From contig JBELHJ010000002.1 of the NCBI GenBank assembly GCA_042091495.1, positions 4,945 through 68,944 on the forward strand: DNA of 64,000 nucleotides. The letters run 5' to 3'. Under the pieces are notes generated by a model. That model searched no databases. It was not told the origin of the DNA and saw only the letters and a program-made list of their open reading frames with translations. Made by a program: the position numbers and the translations under genes. The DNA comes from Bacteroidota bacterium (GTDB lineage Bacteria > Bacteroidota > Bacteroidia > Flavobacteriales > Flavobacteriaceae). Below, piece by piece: positions 46,009 through 54,913 of the stretch; position 1 is the stretch's first letter; the number at the start of each line of letters is the position of its first letter.

Positions 46009-46437
46009 TTAACTTTTAGAATTGTCCTGTTCTTCAGACGCTTCTTCTTCAATAAGATTTAGTAATTCATTTTTATGTAATAAATTATACCATTGTATAA
46101 TTTTTTTAATGTCACTTGCGTAAACGCGATCTTCATCATAATCAGAGAGAATAGAAAAGAAATATTCTTCTAATTCATCTTTAGATGCTTTGTGAGCTAC
46201 TGAGGTAAGACCTCCATTTTCTTTTTCACTAATTTTTTTAAACACCTCTTTTAAAGGTAATTCTTCAGTCAGTGTATATACAGCAATTTCGCTTAAAACA
46301 CTTACATTACTTTGTGCGTTTACACTAATTTTTTTGTTATCTAATAAAGATTGTGCCACAAAACCACCTCGAGTTTGAGTAAGTAATTTGAAAAGTCCTG
46401 GTTTCCCAGAAATAGCAAGAATTGTATTTAACCCCAT
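46009..46437 (-). CDS. conserved hypothetical protein (possibly DUF5606 family)
   Basis: 142 aa, N-terminus ILAISGKPGLFKLLTQTRGGFVAQSL. I recall this type of gene downstream of def in Bacteroidota. The family name is unverified. Confidence 0.45.
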   Translation of the reverse strand: MGLNTILAISGKPGLFKLLTQTRGGFVAQSLLDNKKISVNAQSNVSVLSEIAVYTLTEELPLKEVFKKISEKENGGLTSVAHKASKDELEEYFFSILSDYDEDRVYASDIKKIIQWYNLLHKNELLNLIEEEASEEQDNSKS

Positions 46438-46444
46438 ATGTTAT

Positions 46445-47035
46445 TTAACGTTTTTTATTAATTAAAGGAAATTTCATTTTGTAGTCTACTCGTATTTTTC
46501 CTTTAGATATGTTTGCCAGTTTGCCCTTAATTAGCCTTTTCTTGAGAGAAGATAATTTATCTGTAAATAAAATACCTTCAATATGATCATACTCGTGCTG
46601 AATAACCCGTGCTAAGAGACCTTCATATGTTTCAGTATAACTTTTGAAATTTTCATCTTGGTACCTTATGGTAATTTTTGGTTTCCTTGAAACATCTTCT
46701 CTAACATCAGGAATACTTAGGCATCCTTCATTAAAAGACCACGCCTCACCTTCTTCCTTAAGAATTTCGGCATTAATAAAGGTCTTTTTGAAGCCTTTTA
46801 ATAATTCACGCTCCTTGGAATCTAGTCCTTCGTCCTCAGAAAAAGGAGATGCATCCACCAAAAAGACTCTTATTGGAACGCCTACCTGTGGTGCTGCTAA
46901 CCCTACCCCGTATGCGCCATACATGGTCTCGTACATATTATCTATGAACTCACTTAGGTTAGGATAATCTGCATTGATTGTGGCAGCTTTTTTTCTCAAA
47001 ACTACGTCACCATATGCAACAATTGGTAAAATCAT
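46445..47035 (-). CDS. def: peptide deformylase
   Basis: GVGLAAPQVG, EGCLSIP and HEYDHIEG motifs. Confidence 0.95.
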   Translation of the reverse strand: MILPIVAYGDVVLRKKAATINADYPNLSEFIDNMYETMYGAYGVGLAAPQVGVPIRVFLVDASPFSEDEGLDSKERELLKGFKKTFINAEILKEEGEAWSFNEGCLSIPDVREDVSRKPKITIRYQDENFKSYTETYEGLLARVIQHEYDHIEGILFTDKLSSLKKRLIKGKLANISKGKIRVDYKMKFPLINKKR

Positions 47036-47107
47036 GTTTTAAATTTTTCGATTGCAAAAATACAATAGTTAATTCTTTTTAAATAAATTTAATTGATTAA
47101 AACAAAA

Positions 47108-47521
47108 CTATCTTATGGAATCCATGTAACCTTGAAGGATAAGAGTGGCACTTATTTCATCAATTAATGCTTTATTTTTGCGCTTTTGTTTTTTTACTCC
47201 ACCATCAATCATGGCTTGAAAAGCCATTTTAGAGGTAAACCTTTCATCATAGCGTTTAACTGGAATCTGTGGAATAAATGTTTTAAGTTTTTTCAAGAAA
47301 CTTTTTATTTCCAATTCACTCTCTGAGATGGAATTATCCATTTGCTTAGGCTCACCTACAATAAAAAGATCTACACACTCCTTTTGGGTATAATCTTTTA
47401 AAAAATGAAGAAGCTCTTTTGTAGAAACAGTTGTAAGCCCAGAGGCTATTAGCCGTAATTCGTCGGTGACAGCTATACCAGTTCTTTTAATTCCAAAGTC
47501 AATAGCTAGTATTCTTCCCAT
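47108..47521 (-). CDS. ruvX: Holliday-junction resolvase-like nuclease RuvX/YqgF
   Basis: 137 aa. RILAIDFGIKRTGIAVTD, DERFTS. Confidence 0.9.
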   Translation of the reverse strand: MGRILAIDFGIKRTGIAVTDELRLIASGLTTVSTKELLHFLKDYTQKECVDLFIVGEPKQMDNSISESELEIKSFLKKLKTFIPQIPVKRYDERFTSKMAFQAMIDGGVKKQKRKNKALIDEISATLILQGYMDSIR

Positions 47522-47587
47522 TTAACAAATTTAAAATATTACAATTGTATTCAATCTGAAAATTTATAAATAATTCAATTATACATT

Positions 47588-47595
47588 TATATTTG
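47588..47595 (+). promoter_or_regulatory. -7 promoter box TATATTTG upstream of dapD
   Basis: Exact TAnnTTTG match ending 20 nt before ATG 47615, the same spacing as at 40338/40358. Confidence 0.35.
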
Positions 47596-47614
47596 CATAT
47601 CTAATCTAATTTTA

Positions 47615-48430
47615 ATGAATACATTACAAAACACTATAGAATCTGCCTGGAATGATAGAAGTTTATTAAATGATATCAATACGCAAAGTGCTATTAAAGA
47701 AGTTATAAATTTAATTGATTCAGGGGAACTCAGAGTTGCTGAACCTATAACCGGTGGATGGCAAGTTAACGAATGGGTTAAAAAAGCAGTTGTTTTGTAT
47801 TTTCCTATTCAAAAAATGGAAACTTTAGAGGCCGGTCCATTGGAATTTCATGATAAAATGCCTCTTAAGAAAAATTATGCTGAAAAAGGAATCAGAGTTG
47901 TTCCGCATGCGGTGGCTAGACATGGTGCTTTCATATCTAGCGGTGTTATTTTAATGCCTAGCTATGTTAACATTGGAGCTTACGTTGATAAAGGGACAAT
48001 GGTCGATACATGGGCAACCGTGGGGAGTTGCGCTCAGATAGGAAAAAATGTTCACCTTTCTGGAGGTGTTGGTATCGGAGGTGTTTTAGAGCCACTTCAA
48101 GCTGCCCCTGTTATCATAGAAGACAATGCCTTTATTGGATCAAGATGTATTGTTGTTGAAGGCGTAAGAGTAGAAAAAGAAGCTGTACTGGGTGCCAATG
48201 TTGTTCTTACTGCTTCAACAAAAATAATTGATGTTACTGGAGATGAGCCTATTGAAACAAAAGGGTTAATTCCTGCTAGATCCGTAGTTATACCTGGAAG
48301 TTATACTAAGACATTTGCTGCTGGAGATTACAATGTACCTTGTGCCTTAATTATTGGTAAAAGAAAAGAAAGTACTGATAAGAAAACATCTTTGAATGAT
48401 GCTCTTAGAGAGCATAATGTGGCTGTATAA
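47615..48430 (+). CDS. dapD: 2,3,4,5-tetrahydropyridine-2,6-dicarboxylate N-succinyltransferase
   Basis: 271 aa. Left-handed beta-helix hexapeptide repeats (GAYVDKGTMVDTWATVGSCAQIGKNVHLSGGVGIGG) with a DapD-type N-terminal domain. Confidence 0.9.
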   Translation: MNTLQNTIESAWNDRSLLNDINTQSAIKEVINLIDSGELRVAEPITGGWQVNEWVKKAVVLYFPIQKMETLEAGPLEFHDKMPLKKNYAEKGIRVVPHAVARHGAFISSGVILMPSYVNIGAYVDKGTMVDTWATVGSCAQIGKNVHLSGGVGIGGVLEPLQAAPVIIEDNAFIGSRCIVVEGVRVEKEAVLGANVVLTASTKIIDVTGDEPIETKGLIPARSVVIPGSYTKTFAAGDYNVPCALIIGKRKESTDKKTSLNDALREHNVAV

Positions 48431-49486
48431 ATGAAAATACTTGTAATTCAGCAAAAAATGATTGGCGATGTACTAACCAGTACAATTATTTGTGAATTAT
48501 TAAAAAAGAATATTGCAAGTTGTGAAATACATTACCTTATAAATTCAGGAACTGAAGCTGTTGTTCAAAACAATCCTTTTGTGGATCATATTATTTTATT
48601 TAAACCTGAATTTAAAGAGAATAAATTCAAGTTTTATCAGTTTTTAAGATCAATTAATGATTACCAATTTGACATTGTTATAGATGTTTATCGTAAAGTT
48701 GAAAGCAAGTTAATCACCCTATTTAGCGGCGCTTCAAAAAAAATATCTTATAAGAAATTAGACAGTTTTTTATTTTATAATCGTACAATACCTTATTTAA
48801 AGCAAGATCACAATTCAGATTTAGCGATTCAGAATCGTATTCAATTATTAAGTCCTTTAGTTGATCAACTTCCTAGTAACATATCACCCAAAATTTATTT
48901 AAATGATTCAGAAATTCTAGATGCAAATTTATTCCTAGAAAAGCACCAAATAAATAAACTTTCACCTATTTATATGATTAGTGTTTTGGGAAGCAGTTTA
49001 AACAAAACATACCCTTTTGATTACATGGCAGATGTTATTAATAAAATTGCTTCTTTGGGAAAATGCCAAATCCTTTTTAATTACATTCCCTCTCAAAAAA
49101 ATGATGTTACAAAAATAATTACACAATGTAATTCTTTAGCACAATCGTTTATTAAAATTGATGCCTACACCACTTCTTTAAGGCGATTTTTAGGGGTTCT
49201 TTCTAAATGCGATGCATTAATTGGAAATGAAGGAGGCGCTGTAAATATGGCTAAAGCTTTAAGTGTTCCCACATTCGCCATTTTCTCACCTTGGATTAGA
49301 AAAGAAGCCTGGGCTTTATTTCAAAACTCCATTAATAGAAGTGTACATCTCAATGATTACAGAAAGGATTTATTTGAGAGCTTATCTGTAAAACAAATTA
49401 AGGAAAACTCAAATGAGCTTTATAAAAGCTTTAAACCGGAACTTTTCGAAAAAGAATTAGAATTATTTTTAGAGCAACTAGATTAA
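48431..49486 (+). CDS. glycosyltransferase family 9 (LPS heptosyltransferase-like)
   Basis: MKILVIQQKMIGDVLTST N-terminus and NEGGAVNMAKALSVPTFAIFSP near the C-terminus. Starts on the nt after the dapD stop. Confidence 0.8.
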   Translation: MKILVIQQKMIGDVLTSTIICELLKKNIASCEIHYLINSGTEAVVQNNPFVDHIILFKPEFKENKFKFYQFLRSINDYQFDIVIDVYRKVESKLITLFSGASKKISYKKLDSFLFYNRTIPYLKQDHNSDLAIQNRIQLLSPLVDQLPSNISPKIYLNDSEILDANLFLEKHQINKLSPIYMISVLGSSLNKTYPFDYMADVINKIASLGKCQILFNYIPSQKNDVTKIITQCNSLAQSFIKIDAYTTSLRRFLGVLSKCDALIGNEGGAVNMAKALSVPTFAIFSPWIRKEAWALFQNSINRSVHLNDYRKDLFESLSVKQIKENSNELYKSFKPELFEKELELFLEQLD

Positions 49487-50304
49487 GATTTTTTAATACC
49501 AAATGCAGTCCAGACTCTTTTTTCTGTTTTTGTAAGGGAACGGATTTTTAAGTTTCTGTTTATAGATTCTTTTGTTTTATAACCTCTTGGATGATCTAAA
49601 TGCACACAAATTGCGAAATATCTTATTTGAAGTCCCTTAATCCCAAAATTCATTAAGCGCTCCCCTAATTCACGATCTTGACCTCCATATTGCATACGTT
49701 CATCAAAACCATTTACAGCTTTTATATTTTCTTTCCAACCAGAAACATTGTGTCCATTCCAACTTGCATTTGTTGGTGTTACTAGATTTAAAAACTTAGC
49801 TAATTTTCTATTAGCAGTTAATTTTAAATTCTTAAAAGATGATTTTAAACCATTTGATTTCAACCATTTTAAATCAAAACATTGTCCATTTTCAATTTCT
49901 TTTTTTGTAATTGCACTAGATGCATACATAGGAAGCATGTGATATCCACCAGATAAAAAGTAGCCTTTGCGTTTATATGTATAATGAATTTCAACAAAAT
50001 CATTTCTAGGAATACAATCACCATCAGACATAATGATGTAGTCAGTCTTACAGGCAAGAATGGCTTTATTTAAAATCTTTGATTTCTGAAATCCATTATC
50101 TTCATGCCAAATATGATTTATAGGAAAAGTAACTTTTTTTGACAAGACTTCAATCAAATCTGAAGTTTCAGATGTTGAGCCATCGTCGGCAATAATCATT
50201 TCAAAATCAGAAAAACTTTGATTATTATAGCCCCAAATAACCTTCTCCAGCCAATTAACTGAATTATAAGTACTAATGATTACTGAGACTTTTATGTTAT
50301 TCAT
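49483..50304 (-). CDS. glycosyltransferase family 2
   Basis: VSVIISTYNSVNWLEKVIWGYNNQSFSDFEMIIADDGS and SDGDCIP (DxD). Its stop codon overlaps the convergent GT9 stop (TTAA). Confidence 0.8.
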   Translation of the reverse strand: MNNIKVSVIISTYNSVNWLEKVIWGYNNQSFSDFEMIIADDGSTSETSDLIEVLSKKVTFPINHIWHEDNGFQKSKILNKAILACKTDYIIMSDGDCIPRNDFVEIHYTYKRKGYFLSGGYHMLPMYASSAITKKEIENGQCFDLKWLKSNGLKSSFKNLKLTANRKLAKFLNLVTPTNASWNGHNVSGWKENIKAVNGFDERMQYGGQDRELGERLMNFGIKGLQIRYFAICVHLDHPRGYKTKESINRNLKIRSLTKTEKRVWTAFGIKKS

Positions 50305-50355
50305 TCTATAGCTTTATGTGCTCTTATTACAAATCCTTAATCAAAATTTAATATG

Positions 50356-50363
50356 CAAATATA
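50356..50363 (-). promoter_or_regulatory. -7 promoter box TATATTTG for GT2 gene 49483-50304
   Basis: The minus strand reads TATATTTG, 52 nt upstream of ATG 50304. Confidence 0.3.
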
Positions 50364-50464
50364 TAATTTTATTACTTTGAGATTTATATTTTTATATAAT
50401 CAAAAACACTATTTTTACGGCTAATCATTAATCCATTATCAATTTCTAAAACAACCTCAATTAG

Positions 50465-51220
50465 ATGAATAAATTAACTGCAATAATCCCTGCAGGTAAC
50501 GAGAAAAATAATATTGAAGCAGCTATTGCATCTGTCAATTTTGCTGATGAAATTTTAGTTGTAGATAGTAACAGTACTGATGGCACATATGATATAGCTA
50601 TAGAAAAAGCAGACAAAGTAATAAGAAGAGATTATGAAAATTCAGCCTCACAAAAAAATTGGGCAATTCCTCAAGCTAAACATGAGTGGATTTTATTAAT
50701 TGATGCTGATGAACGAGTAACACCAGAATTAAAAGAAGAAGTTTTAAATATTCTTCAAAAAAGCAACCCTGAGCATGTGGCATATTGGATTGGTAGAAAA
50801 AATCACTTCATGGGTGAATCAGTCAGGTATAGTGGTTGGAGAAATGATAAGGTAATTAGACTATTTAAAAGGGATTTTTGTAAATATGAAAACAAGCGTG
50901 TTCATTCAGAAATTATTTCAAATGGTTCTGTAGGAAAATTACAAAACAAACTTTACCATAATAGTTATATATCTTTAGATACATACATTGAAAAGATGAA
51001 TCGTTATGCTTGGCTTCAAGCTCAAGATTATGATAAAAAAACAGGTATTTTAACCCCTTACCATTTCATTGTAAAACCATTGTGGCGTTTTTTTAAACAT
51101 TATATAATTCAATTAGGGTTTTTGGATGGGCTTGTTGGTTTTACTATTGCATGGATTCAAATTTATGTTGTATTCATGAGATATGTTAAGATTTGGTTAT
51201 TGAGGAAAAGTCGTAAATAA
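50465..51220 (+). CDS. glycosyltransferase family 2 (LPS core type)
   Basis: LTAIIPAGNEKNNIEAAIASVNFADEILVVDSNSTDGT and LLIDADERV. Confidence 0.85.
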   Translation: MNKLTAIIPAGNEKNNIEAAIASVNFADEILVVDSNSTDGTYDIAIEKADKVIRRDYENSASQKNWAIPQAKHEWILLIDADERVTPELKEEVLNILQKSNPEHVAYWIGRKNHFMGESVRYSGWRNDKVIRLFKRDFCKYENKRVHSEIISNGSVGKLQNKLYHNSYISLDTYIEKMNRYAWLQAQDYDKKTGILTPYHFIVKPLWRFFKHYIIQLGFLDGLVGFTIAWIQIYVVFMRYVKIWLLRKSRK

Positions 51221-51221
51221 T

Positions 51222-52004
51222 TTATTTTTTCCAAAATTTTAGCTTTCTCTTAATTTTCTTTTTTGTTACAAATTTGTGCTGAAACTTTCTAATACTCATA
51301 TTCATTATCTCAAAAATATTAGTTTTATCATTATCTGTTAATTTAGCATATTCTTTACTCATAATTTTAATAATCTTCTTTTTTGAAGTTAATCTAGAAA
51401 AATTATTAATTCTATCATGTAATGTTAATTTCTTAAAACTCATGCGATTTAAATCAACTAAATAAAACTCGTACGATTTACCTTTTTTTTTAATTAGTGT
51501 ATTTCCAGGTGAGTTATCATGAAATAAAATATCATTTTCATGAACTCTGAACGTGAACTTAGTAAAGGCCCTAAGAATTTTTTTACTTTTAAAAGACTTA
51601 AAATCTTTATTAATTTCTCTAAATGTTAAATCACAATCAACATATTCACTTACATAATAACTTTTTGTTAGTCTCCAATAATTAAAACATTCTACATAAC
51701 CAATTGGCTTTGGAGTACCAATTCCTTTGGAGGTAAGAATTTTTGCATATCTAAAAGACCTTTCAGCCTTTGATTTCCTTAAAAACCTATATACAACACT
51801 ATTAATTAAATGAGGCTTTTTAAAAGATTTAACTGTTAACTTTTGATTTTTGAAATTAACGTTTTTTATTACATTACGTTTACCATCACCTATTAGCTCA
51901 TTTGAAGATTTGAAAGCTGCTATTATCTCCAAAATTTCGCCGTCATTAAAAACACTTGATACAATATTTTTATTCATAACACTTGTAAGCTTTAATTCTT
52001 TCAC
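51222..52004 (-). CDS. lipopolysaccharide kinase (Kdo/WaaP/InaA) family protein
   Basis: Kinase catalytic-loop-like ILFHDNSPGNTLI and LVDLNRM. The ORF-track start is GTG at 52004; an ATG alternative is at 51977 (MNKNIVSS). The stop lies 1 nt from the convergent GT2 stop. Confidence 0.6.
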   Translation of the reverse strand: MKELKLTSVMNKNIVSSVFNDGEILEIIAAFKSSNELIGDGKRNVIKNVNFKNQKLTVKSFKKPHLINSVVYRFLRKSKAERSFRYAKILTSKGIGTPKPIGYVECFNYWRLTKSYYVSEYVDCDLTFREINKDFKSFKSKKILRAFTKFTFRVHENDILFHDNSPGNTLIKKKGKSYEFYLVDLNRMSFKKLTLHDRINNFSRLTSKKKIIKIMSKEYAKLTDNDKTNIFEIMNMSIRKFQHKFVTKKKIKRKLKFWKK

Positions 52005-52028
52005 ATTTAAAATATCTTGATACTTATG

Positions 52029-53060
52029 CTATTCTTTACCAGTTAGCAAATCATCTATTCTTTTAGAACAGTTACTCCAAGTAAAATCAATAACAGTATC
52101 TCTTGTATTGATTTTAAAATCAAAAGCTTTATCAATTAGACCTATAACCTCTTTATAATCAGAATTTATATCAAACAAAAAGCCATTTTGACCATGATTA
52201 ATTATATCAGGACAAAAACCAGTTTTAGAAGCTACAGGTACACAATTAGACATCATAGCTTCAAGAATAGGAACCGGTCCGCCTTCTAATATAGAGGGTG
52301 ACACAAACACATCCATTTTAGAGTATAATTCAGGATACATCTCATAATCTAAATTATCATAATATGTGAAATTCTCTTGAGCTAAAAGCTGAGAAAATTT
52401 TTCATAGTTATCCCAGTTTCTTCCAACGAGGTGGAATTTTCTATGAGGCATGTTCATTACGATATCATAAAGTAAATCAGGATTTTTTCTTGGTCCATAA
52501 TTAGAGCAAAAACCAACTCCACCTGTTCTTCTTTCGTGCGTTTTAAAAAAAGTGTCTGAAGTAGCGATATGCATTACAACTAATTTTTCTGGCTTAACTC
52601 CAAGACTAATTAGATCATCTCTCATGAAAGAATTTAAACAAATAATGTAATCTGCTTTATTCAAGCAAAAAATGACATGTGTTATAGAATACTTTCTAGA
52701 CCAACTGGGATGCGTAAACATCACTACATTACGTTTATTTAAGATATTAGGTTTTCGTCTTATAGCTCTACAAAAATGATTTTGATAGATGTGGTAATAA
52801 CCATCAGCATCTGGAATGTTTTTAAATTTATCATTAAAGTGTGTTGTTGCCTCTAATGAAGAATGTTTTGACAAACGTCTAACCTTAGCTCCAAAAATCC
52901 AATCTTTATCCTTAACTCTTGCCAAATAAATAACCTTTCGAACAATATTGGTGTTGTCTTTTGTGTAAAAATTAGATATAAATATAGCCCAAAGATATTT
53001 CCATTTATGAACTACTATAAAATATAATCTTTCACTTAAAGGCGCCTTGTATGTCTGCAT
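52029..53060 (-). CDS. glycosyltransferase family 4 (GT-B)
   Basis: C-terminal EX7E-type motif PSILEGGPVPILEAMMSNCVPVAS...GQNGFLF. Confidence 0.75.
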   Translation of the reverse strand: MQTYKAPLSERLYFIVVHKWKYLWAIFISNFYTKDNTNIVRKVIYLARVKDKDWIFGAKVRRLSKHSSLEATTHFNDKFKNIPDADGYYHIYQNHFCRAIRRKPNILNKRNVVMFTHPSWSRKYSITHVIFCLNKADYIICLNSFMRDDLISLGVKPEKLVVMHIATSDTFFKTHERRTGGVGFCSNYGPRKNPDLLYDIVMNMPHRKFHLVGRNWDNYEKFSQLLAQENFTYYDNLDYEMYPELYSKMDVFVSPSILEGGPVPILEAMMSNCVPVASKTGFCPDIINHGQNGFLFDINSDYKEVIGLIDKAFDFKINTRDTVIDFTWSNCSKRIDDLLTGKE

Positions 53061-53105
53061 GCTAAATGAGTAATTCCATTAAAAATGAAAAATTTATAAC
53101 AGAAG

Positions 53106-53113
53106 CAAATCTA
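53106..53113 (-). promoter_or_regulatory. -7 promoter box TAGATTTG for GT4 gene 52029-53060
   Basis: The minus strand reads TAGATTTG(C), 46 nt upstream of ATG 53060. It is a mirror image of the box at 53164. Confidence 0.3.
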
Positions 53114-53163
53114 ATAATTCTTTTATTTTTTTATCATTCCTTTATCTGTTATTATCTATATAC

Positions 53164-53171
53164 TAGATTTG
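53164..53171 (+). promoter_or_regulatory. -7 promoter box TAGATTTG for GT4 gene 53228-54334
   Basis: The plus strand reads TAGATTTG(C), 57 nt upstream of ATG 53228. Confidence 0.3.
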
Positions 53172-53227
53172 CAGTAATTTGATTTTATATCTAAAGTATG
53201 AAACTTAAATATTAATTGGGAAGCTTT

Positions 53228-54334
53228 ATGAATATTCTACATATTTCTGGTGTTAGGAATTGGGGGGGTGGCGAAAACCACATTGAAAACTTATACAATG
53301 AGATTAAAACTATTGATCCAACAATAAATCAAACAATTCTTTGTGTAAAAGAAGGAAGATTTGCAAAGACACTTAAGCAAAAAAAAATTCCATTCACTGA
53401 AGCTAAACTGGTTTTAAAAATTGACCCTAGATTCATTTTTAAAATAATTTATACCTGCTTAATAAAAAGAATTGATGTGGTCCATCTTCATGATCCTACA
53501 GCTCTAACATTGTGTGTTATTGCTGATAAAATTTCAAGACAGATTCCTAAAATGATATTTGCAAAGAAAACATCTTTTCCAATCAAAGATCGAAAATCCA
53601 CATTGTATAAGTATAATTACAAAAAAATTGAAAAATATATCTGCGTTTCCAAAGCCGTAGAAAAAATAACTAAACAGCAAGTTAAGGATAAGCATAAAAC
53701 AATTACTATTTATAATGGCATAAGATTTGAAAATTTTTCGAAAAAAAATTTTTTCAATCTTAGAGAAAACTATAAACTATCCAAAGAAACCAAAATAGTT
53801 GGTTTAATAGGAAATCACATAAGAGCTAAAAATCTTTTTACATTTATTGAGGTGGTTAATTATATTGTAAACACCAAGAAAAATAAAAATTTTATTTTTA
53901 TTCAAATTGGAATGTTTACGGAGCGCACAAAAATGTACAAGGAAAAGGTAAAAAAATACCAATTAACGGAACATATTATTTTTACAGATTTTATAAATAA
54001 TGCTGCGCAATTAATACCACAATTCGATATTTTTCTTCTCACTTCGCAGTCAGAAGGGTTACCTCAAGTTATAAATCAAGCGTTTTATCATAAAATACCT
54101 GTAGTATCAACAAATCCTGGGGGCATTCCAGAAATAATAAAAGATGGTATTAATGGCTTTCTCTCTGAAGTAGAAGACTATAAAACATTAGGAAATAAGA
54201 TTTTAACTCTTGATGCTGACCAAAAATTAAAAAAGAGTTTTGTAGATAAGTCTTACAAACAAGTTTTAGAAGGTTTTTCAACGCATCAAATGGGTCTTAA
54301 TACGTTAAATGTATACAAATCATTAGTGAATTAA
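53228..54334 (+). CDS. glycosyltransferase family 4 (GT-B)
   Basis: MNILHISGVRNWGGGENH N-terminus. TSQSEGLPQVINQAFYHKIPVVSTNPGGIPEIIKDGINGFL (EX7E). ATG at 53228 is preferred to the TTG at 53216. Confidence 0.85.
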   Translation: MNILHISGVRNWGGGENHIENLYNEIKTIDPTINQTILCVKEGRFAKTLKQKKIPFTEAKLVLKIDPRFIFKIIYTCLIKRIDVVHLHDPTALTLCVIADKISRQIPKMIFAKKTSFPIKDRKSTLYKYNYKKIEKYICVSKAVEKITKQQVKDKHKTITIYNGIRFENFSKKNFFNLRENYKLSKETKIVGLIGNHIRAKNLFTFIEVVNYIVNTKKNKNFIFIQIGMFTERTKMYKEKVKKYQLTEHIIFTDFINNAAQLIPQFDIFLLTSQSEGLPQVINQAFYHKIPVVSTNPGGIPEIIKDGINGFLSEVEDYKTLGNKILTLDADQKLKKSFVDKSYKQVLEGFSTHQMGLNTLNVYKSLVN

Positions 54335-54345
54335 TTACAGAACTC

Positions 54346-54900
54346 ATGAACTATAAGCATATTTGTAATTTACTTAAAAACAAACAAACTATTTTGTATC
54401 CAACGGACACCATATGGGGTATTGGTTGTGATGCTACTAATGTTGACGCTGTAAAGAAAATTTATGATATTAAACAGCGTGAAGAAAGCAAGGCTTTAAT
54501 TTGTTTAGTATCTAGTTTTGAAATGCTTTTAAGTTATGTAGAGGACATTCCTGAACAAGTTCATGAAATACTAAAAGAAGCTTCAAAACCAACCACAGTA
54601 ATTTATAATTCTCCTAGAAATTTCGCTTCAAATCTTATTGCTGCTGATCAAACAATTGCCATTAGACTTGTAAATAAGGGGTTTGCTCATAAGCTAATAA
54701 AAATATTCGGAAAACCAATAGTCTCTACATCTGCTAATATAAGTGGCCTACCATCACCTAAACACTACAAAGAAATAGATGAAAGGATTTTAAAAGGTGT
54801 TGACTATGTCGTAAATTTGCCTGAGTTTAATTCAAATTCAACGCCCTCAAGAATTATTAAAATTCTTAAGGACCATTCTATTCAAATTATTAGATCTTAA
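54346..54900 (+). CDS. tsaC: L-threonylcarbamoyladenylate synthase (YrdC/Sua5/TsaC family)
   Basis: 184 aa. ILYPTDTIWGIGCDA, IAIRL, VSTSANISG. Confidence 0.88.
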   Translation: MNYKHICNLLKNKQTILYPTDTIWGIGCDATNVDAVKKIYDIKQREESKALICLVSSFEMLLSYVEDIPEQVHEILKEASKPTTVIYNSPRNFASNLIAADQTIAIRLVNKGFAHKLIKIFGKPIVSTSANISGLPSPKHYKEIDERILKGVDYVVNLPEFNSNSTPSRIIKILKDHSIQIIRS

Positions 54901-54913
54901 AAGTCTATCTATA

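Noticed and set aside
47526-47533. TAAATTTG (-7 consensus match on the minus strand) immediately upstream of ruvX.
   Set aside because: It ends only 4 nt before the ATG at 47521, so a transcript initiated from it would start inside the coding region. It is probably a chance match.
51483-51491. Homopolymeric A/T runs of 8-10 nt inside genes, considered as slipped-strand phase-variation tracts. Examples: the T9 run in the LPS kinase gene, the A9 run at 36000-36008 and the A8 run at 1763-1770.
   Set aside because: They encode Lys/Phe runs expected in an AT-rich genome and are no longer than tracts elsewhere in housekeeping genes. There is no evidence of frameshifted alleles in this sequence.
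53105-53172. The 9-bp inverted repeats read as the borders of an invertible (phase-variable) promoter, as in Bacteroides capsule loci.
   Set aside because: The segment between them is only 50 nt and no recombinase gene is nearby. Each repeat is itself a good outward-facing -7 box, which explains the symmetry more simply.
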